DNA of 64,000 bases. Source: Botryllus schlosseri (lineage: Eukaryota). The stretch lies in assembly GCA_051294905.1 (NCBI GenBank), contig CM119378.1, forward strand, positions 24,924,001 to 24,988,000. Reading direction: 5' to 3'. Numbering within the stretch: position 1 is the first letter of the stretch; each line of letters begins with the position of its first letter. The notes beneath the pieces were generated by a model. That model was given only the letters and a program-made list of their open reading frames with translations, was not told the origin of the DNA and made no database searches. The translations under genes were made by a program, and so were the position numbers. Below are positions 49,614-62,416 of this stretch, one piece after another.

Positions 49614-51611
49614 CTTTTCACACACGCATTGATACCTTCAAATTCTCTCTCATAGCCGTAATCGTCACGAAAAACTTTTTACGCTTGCTCATTTCAACTA
49701 ACCAGACTTAGTCTCGATAGTAGCTAAAACTATTATTGGAAATATTATTTAGATAAATTTATCAATGATAAGCTTTACTACTTTTTGGCCCAAGTGTCGA
49801 CTGTACTGTGCCCCTTTTCACTACGCAATAAATGCTTCCTTCGCCACAGGTTATTCTGCTGTAGAATAAACAGCTGAACAGCAGAAACTGCTGTACCACT
49901 GCCCTAGCTATCTCACCACTTAGAAGTCAAATTCTGTAGTTGTGTATACGCCACGGGATTTCCTCTCATTTATGATGTCATAAAATCTCGACGTAAGAGC
50001 ATAATTTTAGAATATTATGCAACATCGATACCAGAGGAAAACGATCGAAGTTATGTAGTTGTTGAAAATAAGACAAAATAAGGGCGCAAGTCGAAAATAA
50101 GGACATTTCTTTGAAATAAGGACCATTGTGTTTTCTAAGATCTGGCCCTTCAAAATAAGGGCAAATCTTAGAAATAAGGACGGTATGGCAACCGTGATTA
50201 TAATACATTGCCAAGTGTCGGTTAATTGCACTGTCGCAATTTAACCAAGTACGGTTAAAACTCTCCGTAGCTTTAACATATAACATGTCCGAAATGATTT
50301 CTAGCTACTTTAAAATAGTTTCGTACGGCACTTGCAACATTGTGAAGTAGGCCTACGCCCTAGTAGACCATGAACTTCCTTCTATTACGAACCCGTGCTG
50401 AAAATATGTTCTCTATTTGATGTATGAGGTCAACGTGTAGGGTGTTGGCGCCTTTGAGCATCATTCAGTTCAATCTTTTGCGCATCCACGCTGCCTGGCG
50501 CATGTCCTGGATCAGTTGGGCGACATATGTCGCAGTTAGACCGCAGTTTACCGCGAATTTTTCTATTGCCACCAACCGGTTTTCAGGCGACTAAATCTCG
50601 ATCTTAACCAGTGGTTCTCGCTTCCCAACGTGTGTGATATCGGCCCCAATGAGCGATTTTGAGAAACAAAATGGCGATAGGGGGCGAAAATGCTAAGTCC
50701 TGCGAGGTATATTTAATTAACACGGTCAAAAATGCAGGTGAAGACGCCTTCTGTATATGACACAAAAGTTGACTAAAAATGAAGCTCAGCTCAACGAAAC
50801 CGATTTTATGAGAACCTACTCGTAAAAAATTTTTTAGTCATTTCACCAGCGATCAGAGAATGGCGAATAAATTTCCCGTGTACATGTCCTCTTTTTCTGA
50901 TCCGTAAATATTGGGGGGCGAACATTTCTGTCGAGCTTGATAAGGGGGCGATAAGTCGCTCTGGGTCCCCTGAGCTTTCAATAAAATTTCTAGCACCCCC
51001 GTCCATTTTCAACCCAATTTCGGATGGTACCTATATTAAAACCAAAAGGACCATCGACATGAAATCACGCCAAGCACGAAGAAAATTGTAGAGTTGAATA
51101 AATCTGGCCAGAAAAGATTCCACTTTTTGTTGGTTTAGCAAATAATATTTGGCTCTAGATAGCGTATATGCCTAATGTCACGATGCATCTCGTACCCCAT
51201 GATTTGGTGCTGCTTCGTACACACAAGAAGTAAATAGACCCCTGGCTAAGAACCCAGATCTAAACTTATCTGCAATATAGGCACAATGACGGCGCTAACG
51301 GTTAAGCAACCGCACACGTACGATGCTTCAATGACAGGGGATATGCCTGCGCCCTGGTTCCTTGTAGGTTGTTGTACAGTGCATCGAGACCACAAGTACG
51401 TTCATTGTTCATTTAATATGAATGTAATATATATGAGGTAATGGAACTACAATGACGTTTATATTCTCTATCACATGCTGTCTACTCGCAAGGAATAAAC
51501 AGGTCGTGCATGAAACGTCATGCAGTTCTGTAAAACCATGTGTAAGTTGTTGCAGAACTGACATCCTTGGAGTTGCCGAATCTTCAAAAATATTGAGCAT
51601 TGTCTACAATT

Positions 51612-51790
51612 CTACATCATGACACAAGCTCTTGATGGTCGCCGGTCTTCTTCATTTTTCGTGGACGCCGGAGGGCGAAATTGTGCCACGCCGACATATC
51701 CCAACTCGGACGTGTAAACTAAAACGTTGGACTTGGTAACAACTAATCCCAACACCGGTGCGTACACGTACAATGTTCCAGCAAGTTGAC
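51612..51790 (-). CDS. Candidate terminal exon ending in a CaaX box: GQLAGTLYVYAPVLGLVVTKSNVLVYTSELGYVGVAQFRPPASTKNEEDRRPSRACVMM*
   Basis: Acceptor ctcacgcag|, 59 open codons, CVMM-stop. The same bases also form a + strand donor (ctgc|gtgagt), and upstream exons were not identified. Confidence 0.4.
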
Positions 51791-52476
51791 CTGCGTGAGT
51801 GTAAACGGAATTTGTGAAGTTCAGTAGTTATATTTATAGTGGTTAGATTTGAAATGAGTAGTTCTAGTTCTAGGTGCGAGTTTTAAAAAGTGCGTAGTTC
51901 TAGTTCAAGTTCCAGTTGGAAGTTTTGTCATGTGAGTAGTGAGTAGTTGTAGTTCTAGTAGCGAGTTTCACAAAGTGTGTAGTTCTAGTTTAAGTTCTAG
52001 TTCAAGTTATAGTTGCTAGTTATAAAATGTGAGTAGTTCTATATAGTTGCGAGTTTTGAAAAATGAGTAGTTCCAGTTTCAGTTCTAGTTCAACTTCTAG
52101 CCACGTGTTTTAAAATGTGAGTCTGGTTGCTAGTTTAGAAAGGCGAGCAGTTCTAGTTCTAGTTATAGATGCTCATTTTGAAAATCCAGTAATTTGTACT
52201 AGTCTGCGTCGCACGTGTCGTCTGATAGATGCTGGTTTCCACTAGCCCCTATGACGTCATAGTGACCATTTCCTGGAGTGCTGCGTAGCAACACGAATCA
52301 GCAAAATCAAGGTTTTGTGACTATGTCTCGAATGTACTTCCAGGAGAGTTGCCCGTACAGAATTTGTGAGACCACCTGAGCGTTGATAGTACCTGGGTGA
52401 GTAATTATAAGTTGCTACATTGAGAAAGCCTATTTATTGACAGTGCCGTATCCGGGAATGTGCTTTTAGATCAAAA

Positions 52477-52547
52477 ATGACGGAGTATACGTCCGCTAAA
52501 GGCAGGTGCAGTGGCGAAGACTCCGGTTTGAAGTCACCGCGGTACAG
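52477..52547 (+). CDS. Orphan gene, putative first coding exon: MTEYTSAKGRCSGEDSGLKSPRY
   Basis: Acceptor tgcttttag| at 52469, ATG in aaaaATG context, donor ag|gtaaat in phase 2, compatible with exon 54560. Confidence 0.5.
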
Positions 52548-53870
52548 GTAAATTACTTTTCTTACATGATATAAATAATTAAAATGCGACGCTTCAGCCT
52601 TTACTATTATCTCTTCGCTTATAGGTATTTTTATAAGTAGGCCTATTTTCTTGCTAAGCGCTCATATCTCACACACCCCTGTGGGCAGAACAGGACAACT
52701 ACAACATTTTAGCTTTTCTAAATTAGATTATAATTCGAATTATAGCTACAGTTCCTTTCAAATTATGTAGGAATTAGAATCACTGAATTCGCGAAAACTT
52801 GGAAACGAATCAAGTTCAGTTCGTATCAAATCGGAGCGCATTCTAATAAGCGTGAGAAATGTCTGTACAGCAAGCTTGACTCGTTTCGCACGGTACAGTT
52901 CCTCTGTAGCATTTGCGGGATAAACCAAAACTTGAATTAGAAACCAAATTAAAGCGTGGAATCATTTTAAAAAGTAGATTAGAATTTGAGCAAAAAAACA
53001 TTTCGCAAATTAGATTATAATTAGATTACCGGTATTCCACTATAATTCTCTAATTAGACTTCTAGAATTATCCACTAGTGACTAGTCCAAGTCTCCTGGT
53101 GGGACTTTCATTAGTCTTGTTCATGAACTTGTTTCGATATAAATTTTGTAATGTCATACTGCGATGTTTCACAATAACGGAAACAGGTAAACTACGGCAT
53201 AAAACGAATGAAAACGGGTATGTCGACGAAAAATACACTTTCGTTTTCAATACATAGGCAGTTGTGAGATTAAAATGTTCTGTAAACTGGTTCTATCACG
53301 AAAGCCAATTTTGTCGGCCACGTCTGCTGCAAAACGTTTATAGGGCCTACCACTAATTTACCTTCAAATTGCGACATGAGTTTACTTTCTTTTATTTAGA
53401 GGCCCACACTTGATCAGTTACACGAACTAGTCATTCAGTCATTTTAGGCCAAATCGTAGAATGTTCGATACACGAGTAGTCCTACGGTACGAAGCTATCA
53501 TGCTGAATGTGGAGTTGGAACCTTTATCATATGCCGTTGAATGATGCTTTTCGCATTTACCTTATTGTAATTCGATAAAAACTAATAATATTGGATCTGT
53601 GTTCAGACTAGTACAAAATACCAAACTAGTTAATTGACGGTCAGCTAATTATTGTTTTTTTGAGTAGTTCCATGTCTTTAGTAGGTCATGGTAGTTCTAG
53701 AGGCGGATTTTGAAAAGTGAGTAGTTCTTACAGTTCTAATTGTGCATTAAAATGATAATTGCCGAACAACTAGAAAACCCTTTTCGTCGCATGGCGCGAA
53801 TCGTCATCCGTGTTCTGTTGTGTGATGTGCTTGCAGCCATTTCTAGCTCAAAGTCATGACTACTATATAC

Positions 53871-54296
53871 TAGGGTTACCATATTTTGGAATCGGGAAAG
53901 GAGTACACTTTTTCAAAAATTTCAAACTTAGAATACCGGAGGAAAATCTTAAAAAATGGTAAATTTTTCCCATTTCGTGATCGGTTGACTACAAAAAAAG
54001 TCAACAAATGTCAACTTTCTCGCTCGGCTCCCAAAATACAATTGATTCTTTCTCATTATCAGTCGTTTGACTAAAAAAAGGTTAACTTTGCAGCTCAGCT
54101 CCCGAAATACCCGCCTGAGCGTTAGTTCAGTGCCATTTTACGGTATCTCGGTCGAATTTTGCCCTATGTTTAACCAAAATTCTCAAAAAAAGAGGACAAA
54201 ATCTCAAAAAGGAGGACATTTAGGCATCCTCGTAGGACATTTTCAAAATCCCGAAGGAGGACAAATCCTCCTAACGTAGGACGTATGGTAACCCTA
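53871..54296 (+). mobile_element. Ac-type hAT MITE (TAGGGTTACCATA termini, aggac subterminal repeats); partial copies at about 30830-31206, 54940-55260, 15655-15690, 20750-20850
   Basis: TIR tagggttaccata / tatggtaacccta; exact TSD ctatatac. Confidence 0.95.
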
Positions 54297-54559
54297 CTAT
54301 ATACGTAACCAAGGGTGCGTTTGGAGATCGAAACCCCTCCCATTCAAAACTAGTACTTTCGCTCATGTGGAAAGCCGATATGATTCCGATGAAGTAATAA
54401 TTATTAATTTGCTTCGGAATTAAATCTATTATAGTAAGTTTTAGTTATTTCTATATCTGTCTGCACATTCTGAAAATCCAGTATTTTGTGCGATGTACCA
54501 TGTTCATGTCTGTCCATGTGTCACAATTCATGGGAAGCAGAATTTGCTGTCTCGTTTAG

Positions 54560-54653
54560 ACTCCCGAAAATCGTGAACGAGGTCGAAACGGAATTCGCTC
54601 CGAAACAGATCAGGAAAGTGATGGAGATGTACTTGAAGGGAATACCCATCGAG
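54560..54653 (+). CDS. Orphan gene exon: LPKIVNEVETEFAPKQIRKVMEMYLKGIPIE (could start at 54482)
   Basis: ctcgtttag| ... |gtataa; strongly coding-like codons; ends phase 0. Confidence 0.72.
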
Positions 54654-56350
54654 GTATAACCAATGTGAATGTGACTGAAAGAGTCGGATAGCAGTGTTGG
54701 TTTAGGTGTCGCTGAACGGCAACAGTAACAGATACACGGCCGCAATGAGAGGACTGTTTCATTGTGAGAAGTGTATGAAACTGTGGTATGAATCGAAACA
54801 GAATATCAACTGCGGAAACAATCAGGTTTGATCTATTTTCAAGTTCATTGTGGCACTGGTCTCTTTACGGGGATTATATGATAATTTTACAGTCATTTCA
54901 ATTATATGTGAGTGATTTCAATGCTGGAATATGTTAGGGTTAATATACGCCCTCTTTAAGAGGATTTGTCGTCTTTTTTTAACTTTTTTGAAAATGTCCT
55001 CGGATGATGCCTAAATGTCGTCTTTTTTGAAAATTTTGGGTAAATGTACGTGGAAATTGGACTGAGATATAGGAAATCAGCGGCCAAGTAACGGTTCGAC
55101 GGGTTTTCTGGGACTTGAACCCGACAAATTACCTTTTTTTAGTCAACCAACCATAAACTCGGGAAGAATTGACCATTCTTCCGAAATTGACTTCCTCATT
55201 GTGAGTCTGAAAATTTTGAAAAGTGTCCTCTTTTCAGATTCCCAAAATATTGTCGCCCTAGAATATATGCTTTCGCGATATATGATTGAGTGTGGGGAAT
55301 TGTCACCACCTTGGATTTAGCTGGAACCCTAATTTTATTCTCAAGTGCTGTCATAGTTAGCTATGTTTTACGGGCATGTCTGAAATAGAGAATGTGCAGC
55401 CAATGAGCGCAAATCTATGAAACATGACTCCGTACAAAAAAGTCATTGATTCAGCGAGTTTTATGTCATATGACATTTAGGCTATCCTTCATAATATTTA
55501 TGAACGACCCTTCTGCCTGCTTCCATGCATATATCAATGGTAACACACATACATACATACACATACACACACACACTCGTTCCGTGGCGAACTCATCCGG
55601 CGCTACGCATTTCAAGAACGAGTCGGAATAAGTAGGCCGAACTACGAATATAAGACATATTTAGTTGTTTCTATTGGCTTACCATACGTACCAAAATCGC
55701 AAGTATTGTATTATTATTTAATATCAGTGGGCATTAGTCTGACTAGAAGACTCGCGAAGCCGTGTTTTTTCTCAAGTTCATGAATAAATTTTGTGAATAA
55801 CGAATGTTTTTGCTCACATTACTATTGTGTATTGACCTCTCTGAGCCCACGTGATCAGACATACTGGTGGCGCTGAAGTAGGTGGTGTCATCAGAAGTTT
55901 AGGTGACGTAATTATGTTAATGCGTAATCATTTCTCTGCGCCAATCGCTTATTGGCTGTAGTAGCCTGCATAGTGCGCCCGGACATAACAACCTATGATC
56001 GCAAAATTATTCCTTATTAAATTTCAACTTATCACATCATTATGAGTGACGTTATTAATACGAGTTGCACCGGGTTTACTAGGATTAATGACTAGGCTAC
56101 TATACTTTGGCAATATCGCATACCCGTGGCTTTCGACCTCTTTGACCTCGAGGCGCCGTCTGGAAATAGTTTACGGCACCCTTGCACTTCGAATATCATG
56201 GGTACAGGATTTCGTAAGTCGATGACCAATGAAAATTCCTAAATCTACGTCATATCTCTGTTTGAGATTCTGATGGCTGTGACTTTAAAACGTCATCACT
56301 GCAGCTAAGCCTAGATATCATGGCCTCATTCACGGTGAAGTCGTGTTTAG

Positions 56351-56581
56351 TCATCACTCATCAGCTTTCCAAATGCTACTCATAAAAGGGATTCCCTTCA
56401 TTCTCGTTATATGTCGGTGACAACATTCTTTACCGACATGGACCTTCGTTCCGAACCATCCTTACTATATACCAGTAGTTTGTTAGAGCAGATGCATTCA
56501 CTGCGTCGCATACAATTTGAGAAGTTCATGGCCAATAACGACGATATATTGGCATATCTAATCACTCATTGGCCATCCTAC
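56351..56581 (+). CDS. Orphan gene exon: SSLISFPNATHKRDSLHSRYMSVTTFFTDMDLRSEPSLLYTSSLLEQMHSLRRIQFEKFMANNDDILAYLITHWPSY
   Basis: tcgtgtttag| ... |gtaatt; phase 0-0; 77 open codons. The 5' boundary is uncertain. Confidence 0.55.
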
Positions 56582-56769
56582 GTAATTTCCGTTGTCAGAA
56601 AAGTATTTTATTGCATTGGTCTTTCGTCTGTATATAAATCAGCTTGAGTGTCACAACCGACCACTTATTATCTGCTCGTTTACACGCAGCATGTAAACAC
56701 TTGTTTGCTCTTTATTATATATCTGCATGCGGCAGGTAACTTCGCTTTGTGTATTTTCAATCTATTCAG

Positions 56770-56929
56770 AAGTCCCTGATATCGGGAGAAGTGTTGAAAT
56801 TCGGCAAAGAAGAAGCGTTGCACATCATCAAAATGACTTCCTCAACCTGTTACTCCGATGACGACAACATCACTCAAATATTAAACAAAATGAATCAGAA
56901 CATAGACGGGACCTTCATCTCATCTGCAG
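56770..56929 (+). CDS. Orphan gene exon: KSLISGEVLKFGKEEALHIIKMTSSTCYSDDDNITQILNKMNQNIDGTFISSA
   Basis: tctattcag| ... |gtacgc; phase 0-1, matching the next exon. Confidence 0.78.
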
Positions 56930-57846
56930 GTACGCAAACGACAGCCTACACTTTTACCGAAAAGAGTCTGTACAGTGTATATTCACACCCAAAAGATGGT
57001 ACACGAGAATAGAGCCTATATCAGAATTCAGAAACCCCCTCCTCGTGGTGTCGATTGAATATTTCACAGGACTTATTAGCAACTGAACATCATCTCCATA
57101 TTTGTGAGTTTCAATTTAATTATTGCGTGGTCTGAGCCAATCATCATTATCCTTCGGCGTTTTCTTTCCCTGTATCTAATTCAATCGTTCGATATAGTCT
57201 GTTGTTTAGTCTGCGGAAGAGGCGGTTCTGATTGTTTCTTAGCGTGAAGCATTGTGATAAATCCCACGTGCCTACGTGCGGACTTCAACAGCCAGATAAT
57301 TGAAATATAATTAGAGTGCGAAATAAAGTTATCTAATTCTTATCTAATTAGTGAACTGTTTCTATGCTTTAACTTTAATTATAATCTAATACGTGGTTTT
57401 CCTGAAAATGCTACAGGAGAACTGCATAGCACGAAACGAACGAATATTGGTGTACAGACACAGATATTTGCCATTCTCATTCTCTGAGTTGATATAAAGT
57501 GAACCTGATTTTGTTGTATTTCTTTGTATTCTGGAAAAATGTGTAGATTTATATCGATTTATGATCTAATTTGCAAAAGCTGAAAATTTTCTAGTTGTCC
57601 AACTGTGACTACGTAAACACCTTCCAAAGTCTCCATGTGCCAACGTTTCTTTGTACTCCATGTGTGTCTATTTTCTAAATTGTCATATGCATTATTTGGA
57701 CTAAAATGTGTTTGTTATGTACCGCGGTATCATTCTGAGGTATGTTCTATTTTCGTGTTCCACTAGTCGGGTGCGAAACACGCTCTTCTCGCTAGAATCG
57801 TACAAGTCATGATGTTTGTATTTTTACGGGCAGCTTTTGATTTTAG

Positions 57847-58487
57847 GCCGCTCTGCCAATCGTTTCCGCAACGACTACAGCCCGATCTTGTACAGCACGT
57901 CGTGCGGACGCAAGATTCCCGGGACTTTCATATTCTCTATGCAGAAATACGGCAGCGACGAAGCCGAGATCTTTTCCCCATACTTCAACATCCCAATAAC
58001 AGTGCGCGGCGTTAAGCCCAACAAGCGTACCTTCCCGATATTTGAAGTGGAAAAGAAATCTAACAGCAAAGGGAAAAGGAATCCCACGTTCTGTACAGTA
58101 GCGGGGAAAACTGTCGACGCTCGGAAGATATTTACATCAGGCTTGCTCGGGTGCTTCGCGAATTGGGAAATCTTTTACTCAGGCGAGATGAGTCACGATT
58201 CGTTCGTGCCCACGGCCTGCGTGCTAGACTCAGGAATCGTGCTGTTTTGGCCGAGAGAAAACCGAAAGTCTAGAAAGGTCACGTTCGAGAGTCTGGACGA
58301 AGTCTTGGAGCTGACCAAGCAATCATTTCCGTGCTTTCCCGAGGATAAGTTGATAGACAGGAAGGGAGCTTGGACGTTGATATCGGGCAGGAAGTTTTGC
58401 GACATGCCTGCGAAGTTGAGGATAAGGCGTCGTGTTTCGGAAAGTCGCTCGCTTGCAACGTTGTATTTGGGAGGTACGAAATATACA
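57847..58487 (+). CDS. Orphan gene large exon (213 codons): GRSANRFRNDYSPILYSTSCGRKIPGTFIF...LYLGGTKYT
   Basis: ttgattttag| in phase 1; lies in the longest ORF of the window (57816-58508); CpG-rich. Donor aca|gtaaat is in phase 0, or the frame reads on to TAG at 58508. Confidence 0.82.
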
Positions 58488-58579
58488 GTAAATCCGTGTT
58501 GGAAATAGGTGTATCTATCAGATGATTTTAACCATAGTATGAGGAGTAAATCAGATAAAGGTACATTAAGTACCAAATT

Positions 58580-58780
58580 GTATTTTCACGCCCTTTCCAA
58601 CTGGTGAATTGAGTCAAACACACCAATTCTTATGAAGATATATCCCAGGGGTTGAGTGGGATCTGTACCACCTTAGGTGATATCCTGGGGTGTACGCGAT
58701 AACAGAACCCACCACACCACCCTGGGATATATCACCATAAGAATTGGTGGATTTGACTCATTTTCAACCATTAGAAGGGG
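58580..58780. mobile_element. Small inverted-repeat element (related sequence at about 30060-30260)
   Basis: tgagtcaaacacaccaattcttatg...atatatcccaggg is mirrored by ccctgggatatatc...cataagaattggtggatttgactca. Confidence 0.75.
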
Positions 58781-58860
58781 CGAGAAAGCACACCTTGGTA
58801 CCAGAACGTGTGGTTTACCTTAGGGTGGAAATTGGCGAATTAGACGGTTTTCGTTTACAG

Positions 58861-58912
58861 TGTAGAGAGGAAGAGCTCATTGCGCGTAACTTAAAGATTA
58901 TAGCAGAACATC
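58861..58912 (+). CDS. Orphan gene exon: CREEELIARNLKIIAEH
   Basis: tttcgtttacag| ... |gtaagt; phase 0-1. Confidence 0.72.
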
Positions 58913-59318
58913 GTAAGTTGAACGCGTGAAACAGTAGCTTTGTAGGATTCAACACATTACAGTCGCTGCTATTGTGGGGGCATAGCTCGCTAAACGGTAT
59001 TAGATATGGTTCGTGGGAGTAGGAGCGATTGAAGATGCCACACAATATAATATGGGTTAAAGGGGGTAGTGATAGAGGTAGGTTAAGTTTTGGAATTACA
59101 TATTCGCATGTTCAAGTGTTGGGAAACCATTCTGATGACCATATAATCCAAATTGATTTCCAACTCTTCGGAAATAGAGACTGGTATAGGGTATTTTCTT
59201 TAAACAACGATCACAATACTTTGGAGAATCCTATATGCATCGTTACCGATGCCCGTTTTGTTATTAAAGTTGGTTCTTTTACATGGGTCCAACGCTAATG
59301 ATACCTTATCCAATCCAG

Positions 59319-59452
59319 GGCCTGAGAAATCCTTGATGAAAAATAACAAGCGCTTCAAGATCGAGTATCACGCGTTCAGAGAATCCGCGGATTTTATATC
59401 GAGAGCCTCATCTGACACGGACGATAGTTTTTCAGAGGAAATTGAAAAAGCG
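59319..59452 (+). CDS. Orphan gene exon: RPEKSLMKNNKRFKIEYHAFRESADFISRASSDTDDSFSEEIEKA
   Basis: tccaatccag| ... |gtatag; phase 1-0. Confidence 0.7.
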
Positions 59453-59821
59453 GTATAGTATCATATTGACAGATAAGAGGATATACTCGACGTTTGCAAA
59501 CTAGCCTACGTACAAAGTTTCTGACTGATTTACATTCGGCCGAGCTGATCGTATAGTTGAGCACTAACTACGCCACCAAATCACTTGGATTATATCTACC
59601 AAACACGCTTACGGCGCTCTAGCGCAGGGGTTCTTATTCTAAACCGGGGCTCCATGATCACCTTGGGGGCTCAACGAAAGGCTGATGTTCCAACTATAAC
59701 TATATAACTACATAGTCCTTTATAAGATTTTTCCTTATTTTTGATTTACATTTTCATTTTGTTTGATTTTCTGCGCGAACATGATGACCTTCTTAGTGAT
59801 TAGGGCTGTGTGTAGTGTAAG

Positions 59822-61114
59822 CAGGGCCGTAACAGCACTTCATCAGGCACCCCCAAAAAATTTTGGTCGTGGGCCCCCCATAGGGTTATAGACCGAACTT
59901 CGGGTGGGCTTCGCCCCCCAGACCCCCCTGCGGCGATACTCTGTGTACGGCTATTTATCATTTGCGTTGGCAGTTTGTTTACTGTATCAGCTTTTGTCGC
60001 CTAAGCGCGCCAAGCGCGGGAAATTTCTAGAATTCATGACTGAATCGGTCAGTATGATCGGGAATTGCATATATATTGTTATCAATTTTTATCTTCTCTC
60101 TGCTCACGTAATCAGATTTGCCGGAAGAGCTGAGTGAGGTGTGTTTGAAAAGGTAGGACCACTCAATAATAATTAAACATCCTCGGGCGTATACCCTTTG
60201 GCAGGAAAGAAACAGTACCTCGTCAGGCCCCCAAAAACGCGAGTCTTGGGCTCCCATAGGGTGATGAAACGACCGCTCCATCTCGTTGTTCGCGTTTGTC
60301 ATGAAATCATCTGTACTGTACTGTGAGCCAGCTCAAAGCGCGAAAATTTTCGATAATTTATGGTAAAATCGGTCAATCAGATCGCGATTGCATATATATT
60401 ATGCTATCAATTTATTGTCCTCTCTACTCACGTAATTAGATTAACCGGTAGAGCTGAGTGAAGTGTCTTGAAAACGGGAGGGCCCGTAAATAATAATTGA
60501 ACATCTTCGGGCGGGCGGACCCGTTGATATGACTTCGTTACATGATGTTATTTCGTGACTTCCAGTCTGCTATATCAAAAAATATAGAATCGCCCAAACG
60601 TGGGCTTCTAAACTAAGAGACACACACAATTTCAAATTGATATTTCTTCACTGGCATAAAATTTTTCCCAGCGGGATGGTATTTGTCTTGTGAGGTTCAC
60701 ATTGCAAAGACAGGAACATTCAGCGCCAGTCATTTAGGCGCCTATGGACAATTAAACCTATCTGTATTTTGTATATATAACGAAGTCTTCGGTCAGCATA
60801 AGGGCATAGACCCTTTCGGCCAAAGTTTTCTCGCTGCCGATCGTTCCGGCTCACTTCTTGGTGTCGCATGTTATATGGCCTAAAACTTGATTGTATGTCT
60901 TGGTGGGTCGTGGCGCGGTAATGGCCCAATACCCAATAATAAAGATAAATGGATACTTGAATTCGCGCGCAGCGCGAAAAAAATTTGTAAAAATTGCATA
61001 AATTTTCAAAAGATACTCTATGATTTATGCTAATTCACGAAATAATTTTGGGCCCCCTTCGAGCTCGGCCCCCCCCCCAATTGGGGGGTTTGGGGTGCGG
61101 CAGTTACGGTGCTG
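59822..61114 (+). mobile_element. hAT-like MITE, CAGGGCCGTAAC termini
   Basis: cagggccgtaac / gttacggtgctg; exact TSD agtgtaag. Confidence 0.92.
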
Positions 61115-61255
61115 AGTGTAAGTAATGACTGTTTTTTCTTCAACTTCAAAATTTCATAGTTAGAGAATCCACACAACTACGTACAATGTTTAAGGGATTC
61201 GCGCTAGAAAACAAGATTTAGAAATATTGCTCTAGCCTTTCATTTTTATCGACAG

Positions 61256-61819
61256 GTCAAACCGTCCGGACTCCCGATGGAGCTGGACGAGATGACAACG
61301 GTGAGCGGAAATTCGTTAAACATCGGGGAGCGCGAAGTGGGGTACAACTGCCATTATTACCATTCTATTATTTACCGAACCGTGACATCCCATCGCAAAT
61401 GTATCACAGAGGAAAGGAGAGTTACACGAGACGTCCTAGCGTGGCGTGGTTTCGAGAAGTGACTCCGTCCGAAGAAAGAGATATGCTTCAACGCAGATCC
61501 AACTCTGCCATGCGCCAGAGTCCGGTGGATGCGATTAACCCGGCCGTGAAAAATCGCACCGGTAAACCGATTACTCGGCCTGGCCAATTATCCGACGGAA
61601 CGACTGGTGACTGAATGAGATAGCCTTCATTTACATCGATTATAATACGGATACTGTACTGTGTTGTGCCTAGTATCGGCGATTAAGATAGGAGGGGAAA
61701 CGACGCAGATCACACCGAAACCAATGCCGGTGCTGCAGCGAAAGGCGTCCAACTTGAAACCGTCCGATCTTCATTCTCAGGTGACTATAGAAAATGAGCC
61801 TGGCGATTTCCGAGCATGA
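61256..61819 (+). CDS. Orphan gene, three 3' exons (61256-61341, 61410-61606, 61674-61819), low-complexity tail ending ...IENEPGDFRA*
   Basis: Acceptors ttttatcgacag|, tatcacag|, tgttgtgcctag|; phases chain 0-2-1; introns of 68 and 67 nt. If the second donor is skipped, the frame stops at 61614. Confidence 0.6.
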
Positions 61820-62416
61820 TATCGGCGCCTCTACTGCCGCCGCTATTCCAAAGCGAATCAGTATGTTATTTACGCTCTATTCGTCTACCTCTATATTCGC
61901 TTACCATTTGTTCTGGACGCTAGTAGATAAGTTCTCTACAGAAGTGTAGAACCGGATTATGCAGCCCGCTCACTATGGGAATGGAAATATGGACTAGAGG
62001 GCGTGAATATCACTAGAGTTTATCGGTGTTGCAATGGTTTTCAGTGTGGACAAGAGCGTCGCACCTTCTGACGGAGGGTTTGGGACTGTAGCAGCCGCAT
62101 TAAATCTATTACTATGACCGATTTGATATAAATAATTAATTTGTACAGGGAAATGCAGTTTTGATTGTAATTCAGTGTTGTAATTTTAGTTCTGAAAAAG
62201 TCAGAAGACCTGACTTGGGAGTATTTGACACGTAAAACTGCTAGAAACGTGAGTTGGAGTCGACATTTTGACTGCTCAGTGCTCATGGATTTCAGAGGGG
62301 AGCTGCGCAACCATATGGGCGTTGTGCAATTCATTTATCAGTTGCCCGTTGATTTTACGTGAGCAATTCGCCTAATCCCCAATCAGCAAGGAAATGCACA
62401 GTAGACGCTATAGCTA

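Noticed and set aside
50400-50610. Coding-like stretch (minus ...YVAQLIQDMRQAAWMRKRLN*; plus RCLAHVLDQL)
   Set aside because: Both strands give short plausible peptides; no linked exon or family could be established.
55580-56260. Phase-compatible minus-strand mini-exons (EFSLVIDLRNP..., VRPTYSDSF...)
   Set aside because: Alternative open frames and donors exist on the + strand too, and there is no homology to decide between them; left uncalled.
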